A stretch of DNA of 63,336 nt, filler included, from Octopus bimaculoides (Eukaryota), in the NCBI RefSeq assembly GCF_001194135.2. It is 7 parts of 7 records of this genome, joined end to end, with 100 filler letters (N's around TTAATTAATTAA, not from the genome) between each part and the next. Parts side by side here need not be neighbours in the genome. Positions count along the whole stretch, not along the records: positions 28,924 to 52,042 come from NC_068991.1; 6 more parts are not named here. One strand, written 5' to 3'. Positions within the stretch are counted from its first letter, which is position 1; each line of letters begins with the position of its first letter. The translations under genes and the position numbers were made by a program. The notes under the pieces are model-generated. The model made no database searches, was not told the origin of the DNA, and was given only the letters and a program-made list of their open reading frames with translations. Positions 35,626 through 48,131 of the stretch are shown here, in pieces.

Positions 35626-36789
35626 CTTGTAGAATTTTATGGAATCTAGATATTTTACGTTCCATTCCAGCCCAATGTACAGCGCCATATGTTATGATTG
35701 GCACTGCAAACCATAAATAACACTCAGAGTAGTTATGCTATTTAGGTAATTTTAAAAAAAAATTGTTTTAACTGTCAAAATATTCAGTTTTAATTCTTGT
35801 TCTCACAACATTTACACACACACACACACAGTTTTATTGCTATTTCAGCCCGAGTAATTGTAGAAAGCGGAATAGTCCAGTTTTCCTGTTATCTCTCTCT
35901 CATTTGAGAATTTATTTGTTTGTTTTTTGTTTTCATTTTATGCGAATGTGTTTACTCTAACATCACGAAAATCTGTGTTAGTCGGCTATAAAAGAATTTC
36001 GTTTCATTGTTTATGACTGGGTTATCACTTACACACTGTTATGTTAGTGCCCAGTTTATTGTTACTTTTGTAAACTGTATAAACTGTATTACTGTATTGA
36101 CTGCGTTTTGTGTAGAGTGTGTCATGTCAGTTATGATATCCATTATATTGAGGATGTTCTGTACGTGAAATGTTGTTTAACTTGTGATATTTTAGGTATA
36201 TATTTGTATTTTATGTATAATTGGCATGAAGTCACTCGTCAAAATACTCTAACCTCTGTTCTACATACTGCCTTTTCACTCTACTTTTTCTACAGTAGCC
36301 CCTACTCTTCCGAACTATGCACTCTAGTGCCGTCTCCACTCGAGCATTCTGATTCACTGCTTCTGATTTCTATATAGTATCCAGCATTCAAGCCCTTCTT
36401 CGTTCAAGTCTTTCTTATTAAAAATTGGAATTCTTTCCCGACAGATATATATATTTTTTATCTTTAGTCTTCGATTGTAACAATCTTTGTTCGTAACTTC
36501 ATCTCAGTTCATCTCCAATTGAAGTTCTAGCTCGAACCAAACCTCAAACATTTTAACAGACGCATGACTCCTGCTGATGTTGACTTGCTTCTCCAAGCGC
36601 CGAAATATTAGCCTATCAACTTGTTCTGGCCAATGGGTGTTCCTCCTGTCCACCACCTCATATTTCCTTGGTGTAACATCAACTGCCTCGCGGTGTACAT
36701 CATAATAACAAGCGTTATCCATGCATGCCGACACAACCTTCTTGCATCACACTTCGGTCAGAATACCCCTCAACACCTGTAAAGGAGCA

Positions 36790-37095
36790 TTCCGTCGGTT
36801 ACGACGACGAGGGTCCCAGCTGATACGATCAACGGAACAGCTTGCTCGTGAAATTAACGTGCAAGTGACTGAGCAATCCATAGACACGTGTACCCCTAAC
36901 GTAGTTCTCAGGGAGATTCAGCGCGTGACAAAGCCGGCCCTTTGAAATAGAGGTACTACTCATTTTTGCCAGCTGAGTGGACTGGAGCAACGTGAAATAA
37001 AGTGTCTTGCTCAAGGACACAACGCGTCGCTGGGAATTGGACTCACGGCTTTACGATCGTGAGCCGAATGCCCTAACCACTGAGCCACGCGCCTT
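36790..37095 (-). mobile_element. SINE family C, full copy
   Basis: Matches 1789-2103. Confidence 0.85.
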
Positions 37096-37284
37096 CACTC
37101 AACACCAGTAGCTTTCGTAGAAATAACCAAAATGCACAGGAGCTTTGAGAGAAGAACCTCTCGGGAAACCGAGTATGCAATGGAAACAATTCTTTGTGGC
37201 CATTTCGTTTGATGACAGAGTAGAAATCATTGTATATTAAAGTGATTCAACATTCAAAAACGAGATTGAAACCTGGTATTTTAT

Positions 37285-37670
37285 GAAACGTTGTCAGTTA
37301 CCAGTGGTCGACTTCATAGAAATTGGCTTGATCTAAAGTAAATGATGGCCCCATCAAAGCCATGTTTATTTCGTGCCTCACCTCGAGGCGGAGACTAGTG
37401 TGGATGGATCCATTAAGAGTCTCACTTTCGACAAGCGCCAATCTCTTCGCAAACACCTCAGCGAAAATCTTAATCGCTGATTCATGCAAACTTTAAAGTC
37501 TTTTGTATATTACTCTCGAAAGGGTTAACATTTGATGTCCCCTCATGCCTTTCTTCAGCAGCACCAACACCACATTCCGGTTAACACATCTGGAAATGTT
37601 TCTAACCAGTTGCCACTTGCGATAGACGTCTCTCAGGAGAAGGGCGAAATATATCTGACATGTCCCCATA
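37285..37670 (-). mobile_element. Tx1-like LINE reverse transcriptase remnant
   Basis: Minus frames LLRDVYRKWQ..NVVLVLLKK and IKIFAEVFAKRLALV...FTLDQANFYEVDH resemble the RT motifs YKILAKVLAxRL and INLDQSKAFDRVDH. Confidence 0.65.
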
Positions 37671-38229
37671 AAACTTAAACCTGGCTATCCAATAACGGTT
37701 TCTGATTCAGTCAAAGGCCAGCAGTTTTAAGGGGACGAATTTAGTCGATACCACCGACCACAATATTTGACAGGCATATTATTTTAACGATACCGGATGG
37801 ATGAAAGGCGAAGTTGAATTAGGCGGGATTTTAACTCAGAATATAAGCAGTGGGAAGAAATTCCGACCATCCAATAATAAAAATAATAATTTCTAAGATT
37901 GGAACAAAGCCATAAATTTTAAGTATTGGTTAGTCAATTAAACCGACCCGAATGCATGAATAGTACTTTTTTTTTTTATCGACTTTGGGATGACAAAAGG
38001 CAACATTTACCTTAATGGTATTCAAGTTTTAAAAAACGAAACAACTACCGTTCTAAAACTCCAATCAAATTACATCGACCGCAGGATGAAAAGCAGAGGC
38101 GATCTCGGAACTTAGAACGTAAAGCCGTAAAGAATGGTTCTAAGGACTTTTACACAGCATAGTAATGATTCTGCCACTGTGCTACCTTATCCAATTTAAT
38201 CCAATAATAAAAATCCTTTTTTTTTTTTG

Positions 38230-38477
38230 CACCCTTTCAAAGCCTAGCCAGGCTCATGGGCCCGGTTTCCCGGTTTCAATGGCGTATGTGTTCCCCCCAG
38301 CTGGACGGAACGCCAGTCCATCGCAGCGTTACTCATTTTTGCCAGCTGAGTGGACTGGAGCAACGTGAAATGAAGTGTTTTGCTCAAGAACACAACGCGT
38401 CGCCCGGTCCAAGAATCGAAACCACAATCTTACGATTATGGTGCTGAGACCTTAACCACTAAGCCACGCGCCTCCAC
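38230..38477 (-). mobile_element. Chimeric SINE: family C head/CORE + family D tail
   Basis: 38330-38477 matches C; 38230-38330 matches the D tail. Confidence 0.75.
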
Positions 38478-38874
38478 TAGTAAAAATAATAATTGTCTCT
38501 AATATAAGTTCAAGGCCACGAATTTGGAGGTAGGGATTAGTCCATGATATCGATCCTTCCCTAGTACCTGATTGATGTTTTATTTTATTGCCCCCGAAAG
38601 AACGAAAAAGAAAGTTGACCTCGGTGGAATTTGAACTCTGGATGTTAAGAGCCGGAACAAATACGTCCAGGCATTTTGCCCAACACTCTACTGATTTTTC
38701 AAATGGTTTCGTAATTTAGTAACAAAGCAATGTATTGAAGCAAGGGAACATTCGGTTTCATCATCCCCACCCTACCTCCGAGTGAATTACTGGTATTTAT
38801 TTAATCGATCCTTATTCGCCCGAAGTTGGTTTTATCAGAAGATAAAGAGCTGTGGTTAAATTATTGTCAAGTAT

Positions 38875-39260
38875 AGGCGTAGGAGTGGCTGTCTGGTAAG
38901 TAGCTTGCGTACGAACTACATGGTTCCAGGTTCAGTTCCAATGCGTAGCACCTTGGGCAAGTGTCTTCTACCATAGCCTCGGGCCGACCAAAGCCTTGTG
39001 AGTGGATTTGGTAGACGGAAACTGAAAGAAGCCCATCGCATATATGTGTGTGTATGTTTGTGTGTCTGTGTTTGTCCCCCAACATCGCTTGACAACCGAT
39101 GCTGGTGTGTTTACGTCCCCGTAACTTAGCGGTTCGGCAAAAAGAGACAGATAAAATAAGTACTAGGCTTCCAAAGAATAAGTCCTGTGGTCGATTTGCT
39201 CGACTAATGGCGGTGCTCCAGCATGGCCTCAGTCAAATGACTGAAACAAGTAAAAGAGTA
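38875..39260 (+). mobile_element. SINE family B
   Basis: Full-length match to 17078-17490. Confidence 0.85.
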
Positions 39261-40584
39261 AGTACTTTGACACTCTACCTATTCTGCAAACCCGTGGCCT
39301 TTTGATGATGATGATGATACTAATACTATAATAATAATAATGGTTTCAAATTTTGAAGAAAGGCCAGCAATTGTGCTCGACAGGTACTTATTTTATCGAC
39401 CCCCAAAAAGATAAAAGATAAAGTCGACCTCGGTGGAATTTGAACTCAGAACGTTAAGACGGACGAGAAGCTATTAAACATTTTACTGGCGTGCTAAAGA
39501 TTCTACCAGCTCACTAGCTTAATGATAATGGTTTCAAATGTTTGGTACAAGACCAGTAAGTTTTTTTGGGGGGGGGGATAAGTCTGTTACATCGAACCAG
39601 GCCGAGTGACTGCACAGAATTCATTTCTTCGGTTCATCATCTAAAATGTGTGTCCAATTATCGTAAGTATTGTTTTACTCTGGAACATGTCTATACAGAT
39701 TTGTGGAAAACCCCAACAAGATATATATAATTCTTGACATCGTTATCAATGACGTTTAAAGATAAATAGATTTTTAATTGATTAAACCTTCTCAGAGATA
39801 TAACATTACGGACAATAAACATTTTACAATAACAATTTCTGATTTATAATTTAATTAAGTAGTGGTTTATAATTGATTGGGAAATGAAAAGCCAAAGGTG
39901 GTCAACAATATGCAATGATATTTTGAAGGATTAGATTAATATCCTTGATTAAACAACAAGGCCGTATGTAGTTCGCTTAGAACCATATGCTTCTGAGCAA
40001 AAGCGTAGTCAGGTTCTAAAGTTAGGAGGAACGAACACATACAAAAATGCGTCATAACACATATCAAACAATTTTAAACTCACTTACCTTATATTCCGCG
40101 AAATATTTCATTAGTTATGATATACGTAATCCTATGATACATTCATTAATTTCATGTTTCAGTAACAACGTCATTATGTATGAAACTTAAAACTTCTGAT
40201 AGTGACGTGAAAAAGATGAAATTCCACAGGATCAACAAGTGTCGAGAGGTTATAACGTCAGGGTTTGGTTTTTGTTCTTTAGGTGTCAACGGCCACCAAC
40301 ACATCACAGGAGATTGAGCAGACAGTTCAAAAACACGTGGGGGAGCTGGGTTGGTCAAAGAAAGTAATTATTCCAGAAAGCTCTTCCAAGGACAAGCGAT
40401 TGACAGAAAGCAAAAAAGAAAAAAAAGAAGAGATTCGACTTTTATCGCACAAGTTTTAAAAAATTGTTGAAAAGGCGCCAATTTTAAAAATGTGCAGGAG
40501 GGGTGGGGCGTCGCTCCTCTTGAACCGTTATTAGCTATGCCCTTGATTCTGAGTTCAATTTCCACTGTACAAGTGCCTTTACCT

Positions 40585-41002
40585 TAGCTCGATGTTATAT
40601 CATAAATTCTCGGCACTCAATGTTATGTCATAAATTCTTCATGCTTAATGTTACTTCTTAAATTCTTAATACTCGATGTTTACGTCGTAAAATCTCAATG
40701 TTGCGTCGTAATTTCTTCATACTTGATGTTATGTCGTAAATTCTTGACACTCAATGTTAGGTCGTTAATTTTAATACTCGATGTTACGTCATAAATTCTC
40801 TATAAATTCGCATCACTCTATATTATGTCATAAATTCGCAATACTGGATGTTACGTTATAAACCCTCGACCTTCAATATTACATCATAGAGTCTTAAAAC
40901 TCTGATACATCATAAATTCTCAATATTAAGTCATAAATTCTCGACAATGCTATGTCATAAATTCTTAAAACTATGTTGCGTCATTAATTTTTAATACTCG
41001 AT

Positions 41003-41005
<3 letters not shown>
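40585..41005. repeat. Degenerate minisatellite, unit about 29 bp
   Basis: About 14 variants of ACTC(G/A)ATGTTA(T/C)GTCATAAATTCT. Confidence 0.8.
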
Positions 41006-41038
<33 letters not shown>

Positions 41039-41332
41039 AAGATAATAAAGCAAACGAAAACTCGTCCCAGATGCTTGACAGTGGGATGGGAAGCGCACAG
41101 TTTCAAAATGAACTCCTTAATCACAGTCATACCTGCACCTATCCATCCATGTCGTTCTGAGATCAAATCCTTTGAGAGTCGACAATACCTTTTCATCTTT
41201 CCATTCCAGTATCATAAAAAAAAAATACCAAATCTATGAGACGCTGGTATCGACAACTTCTCTTTGTTATTCTAACCATTAATCAATCAGTTTTTAATTA
41301 ATTTATTTCATCTGTTGTTCTACATAATTTAG

Positions 41333-41735
41333 ATTCCTGCGGCCAGTGGATTCAATGTAAATACCATTCTTTGAGACGGTACCTGAAACAGCTGGAGAAC
41401 CTACCAAGTTGCCCATGTGTCTTCCCGAACCTCATGTGGCACAACCAGTTATGGGACGAACAAAGAGAGTCATATTTCACATGGGAGATCGCCAGTTCAC
41501 CTGCCGAACGCAGAGACATCTACAGACCGGGTGCCAAATTCTGCATACGTTCGCTGCTGGAGCCAGGTATGATAACTCTTGCTGTGCAACATTGCTGCTA
41601 CGATGTAAAGCAAAGACTCATTACACGCGGTAGGGCAGCTGGAACCCCGAACCTCATCAGCCCTCAGATATCCTGGGAATTACATAAGAAAGTTGACATC
41701 CTACCATGGGTCCTCTGCAAAGGTGATTGGCTGAG
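41333..41735 (+). CDS. ISM1: Isthmin-like protein, penultimate coding exon (AMOP domain)
   Basis: Acceptor ...tacataatttAG at 41331-41332, phase 1. Translates (D)SCGQWIQCKYHSLRRYLKQLENLPSCPC...YRPGAKFCIRSLL...AVQHCCYD...LITRGRAAGTPNLISPQISWELHKKVDILPWVLCKGDWLR, colinear with the vertebrate isthmin AMOP domain (DSCERW...LPSCPC...AQHCCY...LITRGKGAGTPNLIS...VDVLPWIICKGDWSR). Donor AG|GTCCGT at 41736, phase 2. Probably co-orthologous to ISM1/ISM2. Confidence 0.93.
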
Positions 41736-42968
41736 GTCCGTACCGTGTTTTATATTTTTCCTTTTATTGTTGTTGTTTTTGTGGGAGAGGTGAAATTTTT
41801 TTTATTCTTTATATCATTTTTATGGGTTTCATTCACTGGACTGCGGCCATACTAGGACTCTGCCTTTTTTTCTTTTTGTAGGAGGGAGCAACAGAAAATC
41901 GCGTCAACCCCAACTACTATATTTTATCACCTTCAAAGGATAAGACAAAAAGGGCCTGGGTAGGATTTTAAATCCGAACATAAAGGGACATTAGCAAATG
42001 CAACCATCGTTTTACGTCTACTTCCCATGCCTGCATGGGTTAGACGACTTGCTGCTGCACTCCTAGATGAGTCAGAACTCCACAGCTCGTACATAAAGTT
42101 TTATTTTTGGTTTCGTTTCTATGACTGGATTCTGTTTTTTACATTACAGAGTGTACTTAGTGCATTTTTTTCATGGCACAAGCACTAGGGAGGTTATTTT
42201 GCTTTTGACAAGACTAAAGGGAGAGAGCTTGTTGATCCCAATTTTAACGAAGTGTACTGGACGCATTTTGATGTGACAGTAACACCAGAGGGAATAGATG
42301 TGAGCAGTGGCGGCTCGTAGACAAAATTACTGAGGGTGCTGCTTCAGGAAATTTTTAGCCGTTGTTTTAATATTGTGTAAAAGGAAACAAACATATAAAA
42401 ATGAAATTTATACATAAACTTGATCGGTTTGCGTTTTAGCCACTGCCAGGTAGTGTTTAATTTTTTCACTGAACACAGCCGCGAATTCCCCCTTGTTTTT
42501 CAAAAATCCCCCCTAAATCTCAAAATAAGGTGGAGAAGAAATATGTCCTATTTTTCAACTCCTGGCAGCAACACTGAAGCTGGAAGCAGGATAATAATCT
42601 AATTCTACACTTTATCACATTCAAGAATGTAAACACGTTTTTAAGCACAACACATGCAGGGTCTAAAAGAAACACTACTTTTCACCAGCACATCGGGGTC
42701 GGCACTGCATGGACCACAGTTCTCTTTCTCGTTGGTAACGGTCACGCTCAAATGGTGCTATTTATGTGCCACCAGCACGAAAGCCAGACAGCTGGTGCTC
42801 TGGCGACGATCACGCTTGGATGGTGCTTAGTGATTTACTGGTATAGGTGCTATCACGATTTCGCTTTCGCTTGCCCTAACAGGTCTTCGCAAGCCGAGTT
42901 TAGTGTTCAATGAAGACATGTGTACAGTTATTAGCTGAATACTTACAGTCAAGAGAGAATATTGTACT

Positions 42969-42999
<31 letters not shown>

Positions 43000-43067
43000 C
43001 TTTTGAATATTTTTCATTGCTTTTATCTATTATTAATATCCAATTTCTCTTGATATTCTCACTGCAG

Positions 43068-43167
43068 ATATCATCAGATGGTACCACCAAACAATGCAGT
43101 GAAATGTGAAGAGAATCCCAAAGACAGAGAATTCTACAATCAAATTATGGATTTAAGAAATATATAA
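43068..43167 (+). CDS. ISM1: Isthmin-like protein, terminal coding exon
   Basis: Acceptor ...gatattctcactgcAG at 43066-43067. Its phase completes the Arg codon of the previous exon. Translates (R)YHQMVPPNNAVKCEENPKDREFYNQIMDLRNI*, matching the isthmin C-terminus RYNEARPPNNGQKC..P.DEDY..Q. Too short for the ORF track. Confidence 0.92.
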
Positions 43168-43193
43168 ATGATCTGGGGTTTTTTTTCAGTATA

Positions 43194-43203
43194 AATAAAT
43201 AAA
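43194..43203 (+). promoter_or_regulatory. Candidate polyadenylation signal(s) of the isthmin-like gene
   Basis: Overlapping AATAAA hexamers about 27 nt after the stop codon; the region is AT-rich, so chance occurrence is possible. Confidence 0.35.
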
Positions 43204-43599
43204 AATGTGTGTATTGTTAGTGTTTATGTCTTTTATATCTTTTCTTGTTTCACTTAATGGACTGTGGCCAAACTGGGGCACCACCTCAAAGACTTTAGTT
43301 GTACAAATCAAACATAGTATTTGATCCAGGACTTATTCTATTGGTCTCTTTTGCAGAACTACTGAATTATGAGGATATAAACAAACCCATACAGATTGTC
43401 AAGTAATGGTAGGTACAAACACTAAAACACACACACACACATATATATATATGTGATGGCCTTCCATACAGTTTTCATGCAACATATTCAGTCTCAAGGT
43501 ATTAATTGGCTCAGAACTATAGTATGAGGTACTTGCCCAAGGAGCTGTGCAGTGGGACAGAACCCCAAAACACATGGTTGCTAAGTAAGATTCTTAACC

Positions 43600-44269
43600 A
43601 CATGGTCATGACTCCAAAAGGATGAAAAGCAAAGTCAACCTCAGCCAAATCTGAACTCAGAATGCATGCAAAGAGCCAGAAGAAATGTCACAAAGTATTT
43701 TGTCCAGTGTGCTAATGATTCTGCCAGCTTGCTACCTTAATAATAATAATAATAAAAAAATAATAATGATAATAATAATGACGATGTTTTCTACTAAAGG
43801 CACAAGACCTGAAATTTTGGGGGAGCGGGTTAAGTCAATTACATTTGGTTCCAGTACTCAACTGGTACTTAATTTATCGACCCTGAAAGGATGAAAGGTA
43901 AAGTCGACCTCGGTGGGATTTGAACTCAGAACATAAAGAAGGACGAAATACTGCTAAGCATTTTGCCCAGCATGCTAACAATTCTGCCATCAACCACGAT
44001 GGAATTTGAACCCAGAACATAGCAGCAGATGAAATACCGCTAAGCATTTCGGCCGGCATGCTATTGATTATGTCAGTTACCTGCCTTAACAACAATAATA
44101 ATAATATGTTGTTTATCTCGATATGAGATCACCATGTCGCACACCTAAGGTTGTGGTGCATGTATCTGGTGTACCCTTATCGCGCATGTAGACATGATGG
44201 GTATATTGGGCTGCGTATATTTGTACCCCCAGTGTCACTTTGATGGTATGCACTACTCTCTCACTCAAA

Positions 44270-44314
<45 letters not shown>

Positions 44315-44450
44315 CCTTTCTACTAAAGGCACAAGGCCTGAAATTTGGGAGGAGGAAATAATCAATTACATCTACCACAGTGTTTTACTGGTACTTAATT
44401 TATTGACCCTGAAAGGATGAAAGGCAAAGACAGCCTTGGCTAAGCATTTT
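43600..44450 (-). mobile_element. Cluster of SINE family A copies
   Basis: Several partial reverse-complement family A units separated by (TAA)n. Confidence 0.75.
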
Positions 44451-44451
44451 G

Positions 44452-45116
44452 GGATCTAGTTCAAAACGGGGGCACCAGTATTTTCTTAACGAAACACTTT
44501 GAAACTTGGGACACTGGTAGAATGTGTCATATAAAACATCTTTTTCTCTTAATCTTCTTAACAAAAAAACGTACATCGCAAGTTATTTCCATGTTAAAGT
44601 TGTCGTATTTCTGTAATTTCAACCAATGACTGACGTCCATTCAGCCGAATACATTAAGTGCTGGGTGGTGATAAAATTATTATTTCCTTGTCAAAAAATG
44701 GCTGAAGCATATTGGCAGTAGGGTTAGGGTTAGGGTTAGGCAGTAGCTAATAAACCTTTCATACAGTTCAGGCAGATGTTAACGAAATAAACACGCGTGA
44801 AAGAAAATGAAAAATGCAAATGTTGTACACATACAGTTCAGGCAGATGTTAACGAAATTATAAATGGAAATTAAATACGCTTTACACCGCTTAAACAGCC
44901 AAAGGAGTTAAGTGTAAACAACTGAATACTTGTCAGTGATTGGTTGAAATTATCGAAATAAGACAATTTTTTACATGAAATAAATTTGAATACAAAATTT
45001 TTTTTCTGTTCTATAACACAAAATAGATAAGTATATGAAGTTTGAAAGTCTTTCGGTACCAAAAACACTACATAAAACATTAATGAAAACTGGTGCCCCC
45101 GTTTTGAACAAGATCC
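44452..45116. mobile_element. Non-autonomous DNA transposon with 8-bp TSD (Merlin- or hAT-like) inserted in a SINE
   Basis: TIRs GGATCTAGTTCAAAACGGGGGCACCAGT / ACTGGTGCCCCCGTTTTGAACAAGATCC; TSD GCATTTTG at 44444-44451 and 45117-45124; internal (TTAGGG)3-like run near 44718-44740. Confidence 0.85.
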
Positions 45117-46139
45117 GCATTTTGCCTGACATGCTAATAATTCTGTCAGCAACAAGGAGGAGGAGGAAGAGGAGGCAGCGGCGGAGGAAGTGGCTCGTTG
45201 ATATCATTGACTTCAGTTCCTGATTGTTACTTTATTTTATCATCCTTGGAGAGATGAAGAGGGATGAAAGTCAAGGAATTGAACCTCTGTCATCTAATTA
45301 ATACAAATTTGATTCCTGCTAATTGCTACTTTTCAATCTCTTGCACGTGTCCTTTGCATCTATACAAACACTTAATTTAAAGAATAAAAAATTTATTCAA
45401 CATAATATTTTGTGCTATGAATCCATTGAATGGTATTGATCAGTCTTTGTTTTCCAAAAACACACACACATTCTTTGCATTAAATTCCATAATATATACA
45501 ATGTACAGATAACAGTTGCCAATATCCAGATGAAAGTTTTCCCTTAGTAAGACTTGCACAAGTCTAAGTTGATACTTTTTAATGCAATTACAAATGAGAG
45601 TATATTACATGGTCGTTATATATTGACATTATCCTTTGATTGTCTTTTACACACACACACATATGCTTTTATTGGTTTTCTTATAGAGGCACGATCTTGT
45701 GTATGTTTATTTATTTTTCATAAACTATTTTCATTTTGAATTTTGGTACAAGAACTCGAGCTTTACCTTTCAAGACAATCTACAAGAAAGAAAGGAGAGA
45801 AATATTAGTACAATAATCTTACGTAATACAATTATATTTTTATAAGACAAGTACAAAGCCAAAAAATTTGGAGTGATGGTTTTAACTTAAATCACTTTAA
45901 CCCTTTAATATTTAAACAGGCCATATCAGGCCTAAAGAGTCTACTTGTTTTAAGTTTGCACTGGCCAGATCCAGCCTCTCACACCTACCCTACAATATCA
46001 TTTTTAAGATAAATGGTCACATCATTGAAATCGTAAAACTGAGATAATGTGCTGAGTGATATTACTGTGTTTACTTTGCAGGTTATGAAGTTTGTGTTTT
46101 AGTGACCGTGTGTATGCTGTAGTCTGTGATTTTTGTCAT

Positions 46140-46521
46140 GACAGGAACAAAGAGCCAACATGAAATTTTGCATTAAACTAGGAAAGTCTGCTACAGAGAT
46201 ATTGAGCATACCTCAGCAGATTTATAACAAGAAGGCAATGGGTCATGTGCAATGTTTCCAGTGACATGAGCACAAAACAAAAGCCACAGCTCAATCAGGA
46301 GCAGCTCAACTCTTTTACTTTTTTACTTGTTTCAGTCATTTGACTGCGGCCATGCTGGAGCACCACCTTTTAGTCGCGCTAATCGACCCCAGGACTTATT
46401 CTTTGGAAGCCTAGTACTTATTCTATCGATCTCTTTAGCCGAACCGCTAAGTTACGGGGACGTAAACACACAAGTATCGGTTGTCAAGCAATGTTGGGGG
46501 GACAAACACAGACACACAAAC

Positions 46522-46553
<32 letters not shown>

Positions 46554-47185
46554 TTATATATATATATATATATATATACATATATATACGACGAGCTTCT
46601 TTCAGTTTCTGTTTACCAAATCCACTCACAAGGCTTTGGTCGGGCCGAGGCTATAGTAGAAGACACTTGCCCAAGGTGCCACGCACTGGGACTGAACCCG
46701 GAACCACGTGGTTGGTAAGCAAGCTACTTACTACACAGCCACTCCTACGCCTATCGTTTTTTTTTTTTTTACATCCGCAGTATTGTGCATCGAGAATTCA
46801 TCTCCCAGGGTCAGACCATCAATCGAGAGTTCTACTGCGATGTTTTGAAGCATCTGGGGCTGGACATTAAGCGAAAGCAACCAAATTCTTGGAGCATGAA
46901 GAATTGGATTCTTCATGACAACAATGCACCCTGTCACTAACCTCTCCTCACTCATGAGTTTGTCACCAAAAAGAATACGGTATCTCTTCCACACCTGCCT
47001 TCAAAGGTTACCATTTTAACACCATTGTCAAGGTCCAGAGTGAATCACAGAAGGTCCTTGATTCACTTACAGAAAACAATTCCCAGGCTGGATTCCAAAA
47101 GTGACAAGAATGCTGAAACTGGTGTATTGCTTCACAAGGTGACTATTTGGAAGGAGATGAAAATAAAACTTAGGTCAATAAGTTA
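46140..47185 (+). mobile_element. Degenerate mariner transposase, internally deleted and interrupted by a SINE
   Basis: EQRANMKFCIKLGKSATE (N-terminal HTH) at 46146-46270; IVHREFISQGQTINREFYCDVLKHL..WILHDNNAPCH and CIASQGDYLEGD at 46780-47160. The YSPDLAP region is missing. Confidence 0.82.
46325..46750 (-). mobile_element. SINE family B inserted in the mariner remnant
   Basis: Reverse-complement full copy. Confidence 0.85.
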
Positions 47186-47194
47186 TTTTTTGAG

Positions 47195-47347
47195 TGGCTG
47201 TGTGGTAAGTAGCTTGCTTACCAACCACAATTGTTCCGGGTTCATTCCCACTGCGTGGCACCTTGGACAAGTGTCTTCTACCATAGCCTCGGGCCAACCA
47301 AAGCCTTGTGAGTGGATTTGGTAGATGGAAACTGAAAGAAGCCCATC

Positions 47348-47387
<40 letters not shown>

Positions 47388-47585
47388 ATGTCTGTGTTTG
47401 TCTCCCCAACATCACTTGACAACCGATGCTGGTGTGTTTACGTCCCCGTATCTTAGCGGTTCGGCAAAAGAGACCAATAGAATAAGTACTAGGCTTCCAA
47501 AGAATAAGTCCTGGGGTCGATTTGCTCGACTAAAGGCGGTGCTCCGGCATGGCTGCAGTCAAATGACTGAAACAAGTAAAAGAGT
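47195..47585 (+). mobile_element. SINE family B
   Basis: Full copy; inverted relative to 46325-46750, about 450 bp away. Confidence 0.85.
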
Positions 47586-48080
47586 AAAAGAGAAAGAGAG
47601 AGAGTCTGGGAACTCTTTGATACTACTTTTTATACAAGACCAGGAAAATACATAAGGCAAGAAGAATCATAAACATTTACTTTGTCTCTGTCTGTGGCTG
47701 TAGCAACTGTGTTCAAAGTCATGACCATTCCTTTGATAGATGTAACTGTAACTTCACTGGTGACAGGTTCATCAACAAACACTGGAAATACAGACGTGGA
47801 CATGGGTAAGCTCAGGTCATTTCTATGGATATTATTACATATTATGTGTTGCAATTATAGAAAACATCTAACAATTTATTTTGAAACAAAACAAAACAAC
47901 ATAATAACAATAAGTACAAAAACAATAATAATTCTTCCTATTTTTAACACAAGGCTAGTAACTTTTGAGTACAAGAGAAAGATGATAACATTGACCACAA
48001 TATTCAACTGGTACTTATTTTATTAGCCCTGAAAGGATGAAAGGCAAAGCTGACCTTAGCAGTATTTGGATAGTATAATG

Positions 48081-48129
<49 letters not shown>

Positions 48130-48131
<2 letters not shown>

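Larger units (their letters stand above)
37700..39520 (-). mobile_element. Cluster of decayed SINE family A copies, interleaved with other SINEs
   Basis: Diverged family A segments at about 37700-37870, 37900-38190, 38490-38700 and 39340-39520. Confidence 0.65.

Noticed and set aside
40283-40363. Candidate upstream isthmin exon (good acceptor, GTAATT donor); also 39618-39662
   Set aside because: The phase-1 frame of 40283-40363 has a stop. 39618-39662 is phase-compatible but has a poor acceptor and no isthmin similarity.
44718-44740. Telomere or chromosome-fusion scar from TTAGGG repeats
   Set aside because: Only about three units, and they lie inside a TIR element with a TSD.
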